Shown one piece after another: positions 38,024 through 48,371 of a stretch of DNA of 64,000 bases. The position numbers and the translations under genes were made by a program. Under the pieces are notes generated by a model. It was not told the origin of the DNA. It did not search any database and saw nothing but the letters and a program-made list of their open reading frames with translations. Position 1 is the stretch's first letter, and each line of letters opens with the position of its first letter. Source of the stretch: Dehalococcoidia bacterium (GTDB lineage: Bacteria; Chloroflexota; Dehalococcoidia; Bin125). The DNA is taken from the NCBI GenBank assembly GCA_963662615.2, contig CAXXSR010000001.1, forward strand, positions 1,888,001-1,952,000, given 5' to 3'.

Positions 38024-38084
38024 GCGGGGGCCCGGGGACGTCTATGCAGGTGCTGCCGCCTGCGCGGTGTCAAAACCTCATCCG

Positions 38085-38170
38085 CTGTCAGGTCGCGGGG
38101 GACGGCGATGCGGCGCCAGATTGGAGGGTCCACGTTACTCGGTGTGACCTGGAGTTCACAGACCTCCCGG
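38085..38170 (-). pseudogene. Remnant of a plasmid pRiA4b ORF-3 family gene
   Basis: VCELQVTPSNVDPPIWRRIAVPRDLT matches the family N-terminal motif. Confidence 0.7.
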
Positions 38171-38262
38171 CCGTACCTGGCGTCGTGGTTCGTCGTCACA
38201 CCGTGCTCGCACCTCGCGGATGCCACCAGGAGAGCGTATCCCGTCCCCGCGGCTCCGACAGT

Positions 38263-38610
38263 TCAGGCAGGGGCCGATGGGGTTGTGAGACACCACAGCC
38301 CCCGCCGATGCTCCAGGTGGCCATCGACGTACGCCTGTCGGGGCCGCCGTCGCGGCGGGGCGCCAGCGGGCGATCCAGGTACCGTCGCGCTGATCCCGAA
38401 GACGCGGGCGGTCCATTGCACCGTGGCAGCAACTCCCTCATGCAGCCAGTCCTGGAGAGGGAACAGCTCGCGCCCGGCAAGCGTGATCAGGATGGTGGCG
38501 CCGCCGGCCCCCAGGAGGTAGTACGGGAGCCATGCGCCCGCGCGCCAGAAGAAGAACGCTCCGCACACCCATGCCGCAGTCAAGACCCCGAGGATCATGA
38601 TCTCCGTCAT
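38263..38610 (-). pseudogene. Degenerate exosortase XrtG-like N-terminal fragment
   Basis: WVCGAFFFWRAGAWLPYYLLGAGG TM pattern; ATGA-coupled to the PTPS-like gene; a shifted frame gives WSIGGGCG where IxxECSG is expected. Confidence 0.5.
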
Positions 38611-39169
38611 GGGGGTGAGACCCGGATGGAGCTGGACGGGTTTTCCCACAGGGTCACCGCGGTCAGCTCGGGGCCGCGAGGGAAGCGCTGCGCTACGGCG
38701 ACGCTGAGGTCACGGAATATCACCGCGGCGATGTTCTCGCCGGTAGGTCGGATCACGGTGAACGGCTCGACCTCATTGATGAACCGTTTCGCATAGCGCC
38801 GCGCTTGCAGCTCGAGCAGATCTGAGACTTCCCGGTACCCGATGATCATGCCGCTGTCGTCCACGGCGCTGGCAACGAAGGTCGCCTGAATCCGAAACGA
38901 GTGCACATGCTGATCACCGTCCGGGCGCATGGCGTGGGACGCGCCAAAGAATGAGTCAATTGCGACCTCAAAGGAGAGGCCCGCAGTAATGGCACTCTGA
39001 TCGCGTCCGCGATCGACGCGGACTTCGCGCGGCCGCCCGAGCCCGAGCCGACCCTCTCAGGCGCGACCGCGTGCGGCTGAGGCGCGCTGCTTCCGTTGTT
39101 GAAGGGCTGATCCGGGGCTCCCGGCACCATGAGCAGCGACACCACGCCACGGCCGAACTCCGCGACCAT
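38607..39169 (-). pseudogene. 6-pyruvoyl-tetrahydropterin synthase (QueD)-related protein, 5' end out of frame
   Basis: FEVAIDSFFGASH..HVHSF, INEVEPF, PTGENIA, VTLWENP. No in-frame start upstream of the conserved N-terminus; GGAGA-ATG at 39169 is in another frame. Confidence 0.7.
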
Positions 39170-39392
39170 GCGGCGTCTCCCGCTGCATCACAGCCCGTGA
39201 GTCAGAGGACGTTGGCAAACCGGTTGCTACGGTTCGCAGCCAGGCCGAGGGCTCTACTGTTGGGGATCTACTTAGGCTCGGCACGGCAACAACGGGGATA
39301 TCCCTGGAGCAATTCACTATTCCGCCTGGGATAGTTGTATTTCAAGGGCCAGAGGAGGCGCCCGGCAAGCCGAAGGGCTAGGCCAGACGGTC

Positions 39393-40857
39393 ATGCAGCG
39401 ATCCGCTACGTTCTTGCCGCCGGCGCCACTGACATCGCGCCGATGGGTGCGGGCGATGCATGCGCTCGCGCTGCTCAGCGTCGCGGTCAGCACCTACTAT
39501 CTGACCTGGCGCGGCCTCTCCACGCTCGACACGGACGTGCCGGCGTTGGCCGGGGTGCTCTACGTTGCTGAAATCTACATCTTCCTGAGGCTCGTCGGAT
39601 TCTTGGTCGTCACTTGGGAGACCGACAGGCACGCGCCTTTCGCCCTGCGCGACGATGCGTCGGTCGATGTGTTCATTACGACCTACGACGAGCCGGCGGA
39701 CATCGTGCGCGCCACCGCGCTCGGCGCGCTCGCGATGGAGCATCCCCACCGGACCGTCATTCTGGATGACGGTCGCCGCAAGGAGATCCGCGCCATCGCG
39801 GCGGAGCTAGGCTGCGACTATCTCACGCGTGCGGACAACACGGGCCACAAGGCGGGCAATCTCAACAACGCGCTGCAACACTCCAGCGCGGACTTCATTG
39901 CCGTCTTTGACGCCGATCACGTGCCCCAGCAAGCGTTCCTCCGGCGAACCCTAGGCTACTTCGTGGACCCGGCCATGGCGCTGGTCCAGACGCCACAGGA
40001 GTTCTACAACCGCGACTCCCGACAGCATCCGGACGCGGCGTCGGCGTGGCACGAACAGACGCTCTTCTACCGCGTCATCCAAGCGGGGAAGAATCAGAGC
40101 AATTCGGCGTTCTGGTGCGGATCGTGCGGCGTTCTCAGGCGTGCGGCCTTGGACAGCATCGGCGGTGTCGCCAGCGAGTATCTCACCGAGGATCTGCACA
40201 CCACGCTTCGTCTGCACCGTGCCGGCTGGAAGACGTTCTATCACCGTGAGCCGCTGGCCTACGGCATCGCTCCGGACGATTTTGCAGCCTTCCGGACGCA
40301 ACGGCTGCGGTGGGGACGAGGCACCATGCAGATTCTGCGCACGCGAGAAAATCCCGCGGTCGCGCGGGGTCTCACGGTCTGGCAACGGATCAGCTACCTC
40401 TCCTCCATGCTGACCTATTTCGATGCGCACATCCGCTTGGTCCTCCTCACCTTTCCCGCCCTCGTGCTCCTCTCTGGCCTCAGCCCCATGGCGACCTCAG
40501 CCCCGGAATTCTTCCTCCGCTTCGCACCCCATCTCGTCTTGAGCGTCGTGGCGGCGACCCTCGCGCAGCGAGGCGCCAATCGCATCGTCTGGTCGGAGCG
40601 CTTCGCGGTCGCGCGAATGTTCATCTTCCTTCGCGCCAGCGTGACCCTCGTGACCGGCGGCCGGCGGTTCGGCGTTCACGGTCACGCCCAAGGTTGCTTC
40701 CGTGTCGGCGGGCGGCACCGCAGGAGTGCGATTCACCGAGGCGACGCAATCCACGCGGGACAAGCTGACGCTCGCGCTGGTGACGGCAGGCGCGGCCGAT
40801 CAAGATCGCGAATCAACGGCGGCATGGCGCCAGATTGAGCGAACGAGGGCGGCATAG
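39393..40857 (+). pseudogene. Cellulose-synthase-like GT2 glycosyltransferase, frameshifted/shortened at the 3' end
   Basis: DVFITTYDE, DDG, HKAGNLN, FDADH, QTPQEFYN, TED, QRLRW; the conserved FTVTPK lies in a shifted frame near 40670. Confidence 0.82.
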
Positions 40858-40869
40858 GGCGGCCGCCTG

Positions 40870-41545
40870 ATGACACAACTCGGCGACCGCTTGCCACCCC
40901 TCCCGCTTGTCTGTCAGCGGACGCTCGCGCCGGCCGAGGATTCCGACACGGGCGCACGCGATCTGGCGGCGGTCGTTGCTGGGGACGTGCGGATGTCGCT
41001 TGAGACCATCCGGGTTGCCAACTCCGCATACTTCGCGCGGCGGGAGCCGGCCGTTTCCGTAGCGGACGCTGTGGTGACGATTGGAATTGACAACGCACGG
41101 CACATTGCGCTGGGCGCGGCGCTCCTGTCGACGTTTCGCGGCGTCAGGGATCATCTCGATCAGAAGGATCTCTTGCGCCTGGGGATGTCCGTAGCGAGGC
41201 ATTGGCGACCTCTCGGCGACCATGCGGCCACCGCGGGGATCCTGCAACACGCCGGGCTGCTGGCAATGGCGACCGCGCAGGAGCAGTTTCACGCCTATGC
41301 CGCCGCCGTTCCTGCAACCAGCGACTACGAGTCGTTGCACGACCGCGAGCGAGAGCTTTTTGGAGGGACGCGCTGCGATCTTCACGTGCGCCGTTACTGA
41401 ATACTGGAACCTCCCGCGCTCGGTGGTGGACATCCTCCGCTCCTGGCATCTTTGCGGGGCCGCTCACTCCGCGCTCTATGTGCCCTATGTGGATGCGGCG
41501 TCTACCGTTGCGTCACCGCTGCTGCAGGCGGTCACGCGCAGGTAG
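40870..41545 (+). pseudogene. HDOD-domain protein, frameshift near 41385
   Basis: LPPLP, IRVANSAYF, SVADAVVTIG, AGILQHAG; EYWNLP..WH continues in another frame. Confidence 0.75.
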
Positions 41546-41570
41546 GCCGGAACCCGTGGCGGGCAGCGGC

Positions 41571-41960
41571 TCAGATTTCCTGCGCAGAGGGCCCGCTCAC
41601 TGCATTTTGGGCGCGCCTGATCGCGTCAAGGAGCCGCTGTCGAGATACTCCCCTTAGGAGGAACTCCTGGGCTCCTACCTCTTTGGCGCGGGCCAAGTAC
41701 TCTTCGCTCTCAAAGCTCGAGAGGATGATCACGGCCGTTTCGGGACGTTCCTCCCTTATGCGCCTGGTCGCTTCCAATCCGTCCATCCCGGATAGGCGGA
41801 TGTCCATGAGGATGACATGCGGGCGCAGCTCGCGCGCCGCTGCCAGCGCCTCCTCACCGGTAACAACCTCACCGATGACCCGAATATCGGCAGCGGTGCC
41901 CAACATTGCTCGCAGGGCGTCTCGGATGATCACATGGTCATCCACGAGAAGAACGGTCGT
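41571..41960 (-). CDS. Receiver-domain-only response regulator (NarL-type REC)
   Basis: TTVLLVDDH, ILMDIRL, DGLEATRRI, ILSS. No clear start upstream of the first beta-strand. Confidence 0.75.
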   Translation of the reverse strand, partial: TTVLLVDDHVIIRDALRAMLGTAADIRVIGEVVTGEEALAAARELRPHVILMDIRLSGMDGLEATRRIREERPETAVIILSSFESEEYLARAKEVGAQEFLLRGVSRQRLLDAIRRAQNAVSGPSAQEI

Positions 41961-41997
41961 GTGCCCGGTCTGGGAAGGCCCGGCGCCCGGGCCCCTC

Positions 41998-44900
41998 TCA
42001 AGCAGAAGGCGTACCCAGGATCGGCTCGGCCGGCGCTGCCACCGTGGCCGGCGCGCCGTTCAGGGGGATGCGGACGTGGACGGTTGTGCCATGCAGGGGG
42101 GTTGAATCGACGCGGAAGACGCCCCCGGCCAGCTCCGCCCGCTCTCGCATGCCGATCAGTCCGACATGCTGCCCCCGCTGCCAGTCCGGCGCCCGCGCCG
42201 CGGCATCAAATCCCTGGCCCCAGTCGCGGATCTCCAGAACGGCATCCGCATCGCGAACCGCCAGGACGACGCGGATCTTGGGCGAGCCGGAGTGCCTGAT
42301 CGCGTTTGCGGTCCCCTCTTGCGCGATGCGGTACAGCGCCAGCTCCGCCGCGGGGTCAAGGCGGACGCCGTCCATGGTGGCGCGGAATTCGATCTCGGAC
42401 TCAGTCCGCTCCTGGGTGTCTTTCAAGAGCCCTCGTATGGCCTCGACGAGTCCAACGTCATCGAGATCGCCGGGACGGAGGCCGGCCATGATCCGACGCG
42501 TGTCAGCCAGGACCGTATCCAGGTGCTCGCGAGCGAGCTGGAGATAGCGCTCGGCACTCTCCACATCGCCCTTCTGCCGCTCCGCGACGAAGCTGTCGAG
42601 GAACATGCCGGCCCCGGCCAGCCACTGGATCGGGCCATCGTGCAGTTCTGACGCCACCCGCTTCCGTTCCGCCTCTTGGGACTGGAACAGGCGCTGGACG
42701 AGCTGCTGCTTTTCTTCCAGGAGGCGTGTCCGCTCCGCCTCCGCGTGGACCTGCTCAGTGATGTCCCGCACCGTACCGATCAGCTGAACGGGCCGACCGT
42801 CCTTATCGAGGATCGGTTCACCTTGGGTGTACACCACCCGCTCGGTGCCATCAGCTCGGATCACGGTGGTCCTGTGGGCGAATGCTTCCCGCCGATCGAC
42901 TGCCGCCTGGTGAGCAGCTCGCGCTTGCTCGCGCTCGGCCGGATGAACCAGGGCTATGGCGTCGTCATGGCTGAGCGGGAATTCCTGTGACTGTGTGCCG
43001 AAGATCCGGTAGGTCTCATCCGACCACCGCATATCGTCCGTGGCAAGGTCCCACTCCCAGCTGCCCAGGTGAGCGATCTCCTGCGCGTGAGCGAGGGAGG
43101 CTTCACTTTGCCGCAGGGCCTCCTCCGCGTGGACCCGCTCGGTGATGTCCTGCACGGCGCCAATCATCCGAACGGGCCGGTCCTCCTTGCCGTGGAGCAC
43201 CCGGCCTTGGGCGTACACAACTCGCTCAGTGCCGTCGGGCACGATCACAACAGTTTGCAAGGCAAATCCTTCACGCCGGTCAATCGCGCCCTGGATAATG
43301 GCTTGCACGCGGTCGCGATCGGCCGGAAGAACGTGGGCCAGGAAGGTGCGCATGGCCGGCGGGGATTTCTGGGGCTCTTCGCCGAGGATCCGGTAGGTCT
43401 CGTCCGACCACCGCATATCGTCCGTGGCAAGGTCCCACTCCCAGCTGCCCAGATGAGCGATCTCCTGCGCGCGGGCGAGGGAGGCTTCACTTTGCCGCAG
43501 GGCCTCAGCGGCGCGGCTCCGCTCCGTGACGTCGCGGAGGATGGCGGTGAACACGGGGCCGTCCGGCAGGTCCAGCCGGGAAACGGAGGCCTCCGCGGGA
43601 AACTCCGACCCATCCTTGCGGCGTCCGCGAATCCCCTCCTCTTCCCTGATGTATCGCGCCGTCTCGGCTGAGGCCATGAAGGCGTGGAGGCCTGCATGCT
43701 GGGAGTCGCGACGCGACCCGGGGACGAGCATGTCCAGCGGCCGGCCGTTCACCTCCGCCGCGCTGTAACCGAACGTCGCCTCCGCACCCCGATTGAAGAG
43801 ACGGATCCGTCGTTGCGAGTCGGCCGAAATGATGGCGTCGGGTGCGGTGTCGAGGATGCCGGCCAGGCGGCGACGCGTCGACGTCACCTCCACGCGACGG
43901 CGACGCTCCCGCAGGAGCGCCGTCACGGCGAGGCCCAGCGCCAGCCAGATCAGGGCCACGAGTACGGGTCCCCCCACTCGGATCCGCAGAGGCAGGCCGG
44001 CCGTGAAGGCAGCAGTCGGGACGCCGCTGACACTCCAGGTAGACGCGGCGACGTCAACCTCGGCGGCCAGGCTGGGCCCGCCCGCTTCTCCCTGGCCGGT
44101 TCCGGCGGAGTACAGCTGGAAGTCCGGCCCCAGGATCGACTCGCCACGTATCGTGATCTCGAAGAGCGCCGCAGCGTTCAACCCTTGCAGGGTTTGATGC
44201 ATCAGTCCGCTCACGTCGAGCGTCAGCACCACGAAACCAACGAGCTGCTCGCTCCGCTCGGCCGCGCCGGCCGGCACGGCGCCACCCGCGTAGACGGGAA
44301 AGAAAATCGGTAGGAGAGTGTTCGTGAGGTCCGCCGGAGACATGGGGACGGTGGGGTGAGCCTCAGGGGCACCGCTCTCGGCGGCGCGTGTCAACGCCGC
44401 TTGCCCGGCGGGATGGGCGCCGAAATCAAAGCCGTGCCCCAAGGCGGTCGGCCTGAACGGCTCCATGTATGTCAGCGGGAAATACTCCGCCCGCGTCCCC
44501 GCCGGGACGAGCCTCCCTGCCTTGAGATCGACTTCGTGAAGGGCGTAGTCGGTGAACCCCTCCTCCCTGCGTTCACGCTCGTGATCGGCCCGATCGGCGA
44601 AGGCGAGCCGGGGCACCCAAGCGATCAACTGGATCTCGGGGCGCGCCGCAACCAGCTCTTGGTTGAAGAGATGGAACGTTTCGCCCGAGACGACCGGGGG
44701 CGTGGCGACGCCGGCCGGGTCGAGCCGCTGCGCCTCCTCCGCCCCGGCGAACGCCAAGTGGAAAAAGGCCCGTGTGCCGCTGCCGATCGTCTCCAAGACA
44801 GCCACTTCCTGGGCGAGCTTATCGACGATCTCCTTGAACTCCTCCCGAAGTTCGCTCTCGCGGCGATCGTCGTGGACCGACTGCAGGCGCAGCGCCACCC

Positions 44901-45051
44901 CCGCGGTCAGGGCGACGCCTAGGCCAAGAAAGACGGTGAAGGCGAGGAGGTTACGGCGGGATCCCATCGGCAGTGCGATGGTCCTGAACCGCCCTCGGCG
45001 TGGGTGGAAGGGTCGGATGACCACTGCTCCCGTGCGCCCCGGTCGGGGCAT
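41998..45051 (-). CDS. CHASE-PAS x3-HisKA_3 sensor histidine kinase
   Basis: TM-CHASE (EYFPLTYMEP, GFD)-TM, three PAS/PAC domains, ERKRVASELHD, QEGTANAIRH, DWGQGFD, GLIGMRERA. Confidence 0.92.
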   Translation of the reverse strand: MPRPGRTGAVVIRPFHPRRGRFRTIALPMGSRRNLLAFTVFLGLGVALTAGVALRLQSVHDDRRESELREEFKEIVDKLAQEVAVLETIGSGTRAFFHLAFAGAEEAQRLDPAGVATPPVVSGETFHLFNQELVAARPEIQLIAWVPRLAFADRADHERERREEGFTDYALHEVDLKAGRLVPAGTRAEYFPLTYMEPFRPTALGHGFDFGAHPAGQAALTRAAESGAPEAHPTVPMSPADLTNTLLPIFFPVYAGGAVPAGAAERSEQLVGFVVLTLDVSGLMHQTLQGLNAAALFEITIRGESILGPDFQLYSAGTGQGEAGGPSLAAEVDVAASTWSVSGVPTAAFTAGLPLRIRVGGPVLVALIWLALGLAVTALLRERRRRVEVTSTRRRLAGILDTAPDAIISADSQRRIRLFNRGAEATFGYSAAEVNGRPLDMLVPGSRRDSQHAGLHAFMASAETARYIREEEGIRGRRKDGSEFPAEASVSRLDLPDGPVFTAILRDVTERSRAAEALRQSEASLARAQEIAHLGSWEWDLATDDMRWSDETYRILGEEPQKSPPAMRTFLAHVLPADRDRVQAIIQGAIDRREGFALQTVVIVPDGTERVVYAQGRVLHGKEDRPVRMIGAVQDITERVHAEEALRQSEASLAHAQEIAHLGSWEWDLATDDMRWSDETYRIFGTQSQEFPLSHDDAIALVHPAEREQARAAHQAAVDRREAFAHRTTVIRADGTERVVYTQGEPILDKDGRPVQLIGTVRDITEQVHAEAERTRLLEEKQQLVQRLFQSQEAERKRVASELHDGPIQWLAGAGMFLDSFVAERQKGDVESAERYLQLAREHLDTVLADTRRIMAGLRPGDLDDVGLVEAIRGLLKDTQERTESEIEFRATMDGVRLDPAAELALYRIAQEGTANAIRHSGSPKIRVVLAVRDADAVLEIRDWGQGFDAAARAPDWQRGQHVGLIGMRERAELAGGVFRVDSTPLHGTTVHVRIPLNGAPATVAAPAEPILGTPSA

Positions 45052-45270
45052 TCATCGGACCAAGAGGCGGCGCGACTGCTCGCTCCTCGCCCGACTGGAT
45101 CAACCCTGCACCGTGCCGGCGCAGGCCTAGCGCAGGCGCGGCCGGGCACCAGCATAGCGCCACTCCGCTCGTTTCAAGTCACTTCAGGCTGCGCGTCGCG
45201 GGAGAGCCGAGCATCCGCGCCAGGCGTCTCCCGGCGGAGAGCGCCGTGCAGGCGAGCCTCATGGCGCAGC

Positions 45271-45495
45271 TCAGGAGGCCTGGCGCGTGCGGCCCTCCGC
45301 CTCCAGCGCTGAGATCACCGCCTCAACCCGCTGGGCGCACGCCGGGCAGGTGTAATAGGAGCGAAGCCGGCGTCGCTCCACCAGCCGCGGCACCCCTTCT
45401 TCGCTGGGAACCGCGCGAGCGTTGAACATGTCGAGAGCGAAGCCCTCCTTGTGGATGGCGAACCCGCAAAAGTCACAGACGAACGCAAGTGGCAT
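45271..45495 (-). CDS. Small CxxC...CxxC zinc-binding protein
   Basis: FVCDFCG ... YTCPACA, 74 aa. Confidence 0.6.
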   Translation of the reverse strand: MPLAFVCDFCGFAIHKEGFALDMFNARAVPSEEGVPRLVERRRLRSYYTCPACAQRVEAVISALEAEGRTRQAS

Positions 45496-45586
45496 AACGC
45501 ACACGGCTCCGTTTGCTCGCCGTCCCGCGTCCGTGGCCGCGGGGCGCCGCCTCGCACTCCGGACAGCCTCGGACGATGTCCCGGCA

Positions 45587-45805
45587 CTAGGCGCTCAGGG
45601 CGGAAGGTTCCACTTCGTGGCGAAGAGCGCGGACCGCGATCTGCGTGCGGTTGGTCACGTCCCATTTGATCATCACGTTGGCCACATGCCGCTTGACCGT
45701 CGCCATACTGACGCCCAGGATCTCCGCGATCTCCGCGTTGGACAGCCCCTGGCTGATGAGCTGCACCATCGCGCGCTCACGCTCCGTCAACTCTCGCCGT
45801 GTCAT
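45587..45805 (-). CDS. Stand-alone LuxR-type HTH regulator
   Basis: LTERERAMVQLISQGLSNAEIAEILGVSMATVKRHVANV..NRTQ; GGAGG RBS. Confidence 0.9.
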   Translation of the reverse strand: MTRRELTERERAMVQLISQGLSNAEIAEILGVSMATVKRHVANVMIKWDVTNRTQIAVRALRHEVEPSALSA

Positions 45806-46143
45806 TTCCGAATCCTCCCTTGGCTGCGCCACCCCAACTGGTGAGACCCCTGTCCGCGGGGCCAGCCTCACTGATCCACGAGGCGGGCCCTGACGGATGC
45901 GTCCCTGATTCTCAGCGATCGCTCGGCATCATCCGTCACTGCGTTGCGCTCCATAAGAGGCACATGGCCATCCGAGTGGCCAGATAGACAAGTTATGTCG
46001 GCCCAGCCGAAGGCCAAGGACACTTGCGCCGATCCAATGGCGGGCCGACGCGGAGTGGGGCGGTCGCTGTAGGGCCGGCCAGCGGAGACGACGGCGGTCG
46101 CAGATCGCCCGAGCGAGCCGTACGCCAGCGGGGAGGGAGGCGG

Positions 46144-46821
46144 CTAGTCAATATTCAACCCGGCGCGGATCGCCAACACCGCCGCCTGCGTGCGGTCCGA
46201 AACGCCGAGCTTTGCGATCATCTCTTGGACGACGTTCTTGATTGTGCCCACGCTGTAGCCCAGCTCGTCCGCGATCTCCCGGTTCGTCATCCCCTGCGCG
46301 ACGAGGCGGAGGGTGAGGAGTTCGCGCTCCACCAGCACGTCAAGCAGGCGTGGCTGCCTGTCCTGCCCCTGTGCGAGATCCTGTCCCAGGGAGCCAAGCA
46401 GTTTGAGATCGAATATGGAGCCGCCGTCTCGGACCACCCGAAGGCTATTGAGCAGGAGGTCGCGGCCCGTTCCTTTGAGCAGATAGCCGGCGGCTCCGGC
46501 CGCGATCGCCTGGCGCAGGTACGCCTCACTCTCAAAGCTCGTCACCATCACTACGGCGACGGTGGGAAGCTCTTTTTTGATCAGCCGCGTGGCGGTGAGC
46601 CCGTCCATGTCCGGCATGTGGACGTCCATGAGCACGATGTCGGGGTGCAGCGTCTTCGCTTTCGCCGCCGCCTCGGAACCGGAAGACGCCTCGCCCGCAA
46701 CCTGAACGCCAGAGGCGTTGAGCATCGCGCGCAACCCGCTGCGGACCACGGGATGGTCGTCCGCAATCAGGACCCGGATGTCGGGAGAGGACTCGGTCGA
46801 GGCCTCTCGATCAGGAACCAT
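46144..46821 (-). CDS. NarL/LuxR-family response regulator
   Basis: IRVLIADDH, LMDVHMP, GYLLK; GMTNREIA..TIKN..KLGVSDRTQA. Confidence 0.93.
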   Translation of the reverse strand: MVPDREASTESSPDIRVLIADDHPVVRSGLRAMLNASGVQVAGEASSGSEAAAKAKTLHPDIVLMDVHMPDMDGLTATRLIKKELPTVAVVMVTSFESEAYLRQAIAAGAAGYLLKGTGRDLLLNSLRVVRDGGSIFDLKLLGSLGQDLAQGQDRQPRLLDVLVERELLTLRLVAQGMTNREIADELGYSVGTIKNVVQEMIAKLGVSDRTQAAVLAIRAGLNID

Positions 46822-47075
46822 TGTCCCCCGCTCCCGCGCACGCCGCCTCCAGGCAGCGCCGCTAGAGGGTATTGCGTTGCAGTCCAGGGCGGCGAGCAAA
46901 GGGCGTCCTCCCTTCGAGTCAGCGCCGCTCGGACCGGCGCTCGCGGACCCGATCGAACCAGGGACCCGCAGCCGCCGGGTGCTCGCGATCAAATGCGTAT
47001 GCCGCGCTCGTCGGGTCCGTCGCCGAGAGCGTCCCGACGGGGACGGCCGGCGGGGGGGCGGTGATGCTGCAGTTG

Positions 47076-48251
47076 CTATTGGCGGGGCAAGCCGAGCCCC
47101 CGCGTCGCCATGATGTTGCGCTGAATCTCGCTCGTCCCGGCGTAAATGGTGTAGGGAATCGAGTTCAGATACATGCGCCCGATCTTGGCCTTGAGCGAGG
47201 CGTGCGGATCGTTGGCGTCGAGCTGCTGAACGGGCAGGCCGATCAAGTTCGTGCCGAAACGGAAGACCCGCTGGTTCAACTCCGTACCGAACAGTTTGGA
47301 CATGGAGGCTTGATGGTTGGGGACCAGGTCCTGGCTCTGCATCCAGACGACGCGGTAGGAGATCAGACGCGCGATCTCCGTCTCAATGTAGAGCTCGGCG
47401 AGCCCGCGCTGGACTCGATCGTCGTCCCAGACGCGAACGCCGTTGCGCTTGGTGTCCTTGGCCCAGCGGACGAGCTCCTCGACCGTCCGCCTCGCCTGCG
47501 CCGGGTAGTGGATGCCGGATCGCTCGAAATCCAGAAGGGTGGCGGCCACGTACCAGCCACGGTTCACCTCCCCCAGCATTTGGTCGGCGGGGACGCGCAC
47601 ATCGGTGAGGAACGTGTCATTGAGGACGTGATTGCCGGCCATGTCAATGACGGGGCGCACCTCGATCCCCGGCGACGTCATGTCAACCAGGAAGTAGGAG
47701 AGCCCTTTGTGCTTGGGGGCGCCGGGATCGGTGCGAACTAGGATGTGCATCCATTCGCAGTGTTGGGCGTTGGAGGTCCAGCTCTTCTGCCCGTTGATGA
47801 TGAAATCGTCGCCGTCACGAACAGCGCTCGTCCGCAACGAGGCCAAGTCGGAACCGGCGCCCGGTTCGCTGAAGCCCTGGCACCACGTCACCTCGGCCCT
47901 GGCGATGGGCGGCAAGAAGCGCCGCTTCTGGTCTTCCGTGCCATGGACCATGAGGCTGGGGCCGACCATGGTGATGCCTTGGCCGTCGCCGCCGGACGCG
48001 CCGGCGTAGGCGCTCTCCTCGCGGAAGATGAGCTGCTGCATATGGGAGGCGCCCAGACCGCCATATTCCCGCGGCCAGGCCAGGGTCAGCCATCCACGCT
48101 GCGCCAGCTCGCGCTCGTAGGCCCGGCGAATCGGCCAGACCTCCTCTGAGTACGGCTCAAATGAGGCAGGCGGTTCCGCCCAGTGGCGACTGATGAAGTC
48201 GCGCACCTCGGCCCGGAAGGCCTCCTCCTGCTCCGTGAACTTGAACTCCAT
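47076..48251 (-). CDS. Acyl-CoA dehydrogenase
   Basis: WCQGFSEPGAGSDLASL, NGQKSWTS, TLLDFER, TIYAGTSEIQRNI. Confidence 0.95.
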   Translation of the reverse strand: MEFKFTEQEEAFRAEVRDFISRHWAEPPASFEPYSEEVWPIRRAYERELAQRGWLTLAWPREYGGLGASHMQQLIFREESAYAGASGGDGQGITMVGPSLMVHGTEDQKRRFLPPIARAEVTWCQGFSEPGAGSDLASLRTSAVRDGDDFIINGQKSWTSNAQHCEWMHILVRTDPGAPKHKGLSYFLVDMTSPGIEVRPVIDMAGNHVLNDTFLTDVRVPADQMLGEVNRGWYVAATLLDFERSGIHYPAQARRTVEELVRWAKDTKRNGVRVWDDDRVQRGLAELYIETEIARLISYRVVWMQSQDLVPNHQASMSKLFGTELNQRVFRFGTNLIGLPVQQLDANDPHASLKAKIGRMYLNSIPYTIYAGTSEIQRNIMATRGLGLPRQ

Positions 48252-48371
48252 TCAATGTCCTCCGGCGCAGACGCAAGCTGAAGCAGGCAGGGGAGACGCG
48301 ACGCGGGCCGAGTATCGGGAGGGGGCCGACCCTGCGGCCAGCACTGGCAGCGTCAAAGGCGCTTGGCCCCG

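Larger units (their letters stand above)
37184..38073 (-). pseudogene. Surface lipoprotein with two GWNLVxW domains, frameshifted inside a 12-bp repeat in the signal peptide
   Basis: The frame of ORF 37184-37726 stays open upstream through AEPTAPA repeats and lipobox LLAAC; the TTG start at 38073 is in another frame. Confidence 0.7.
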
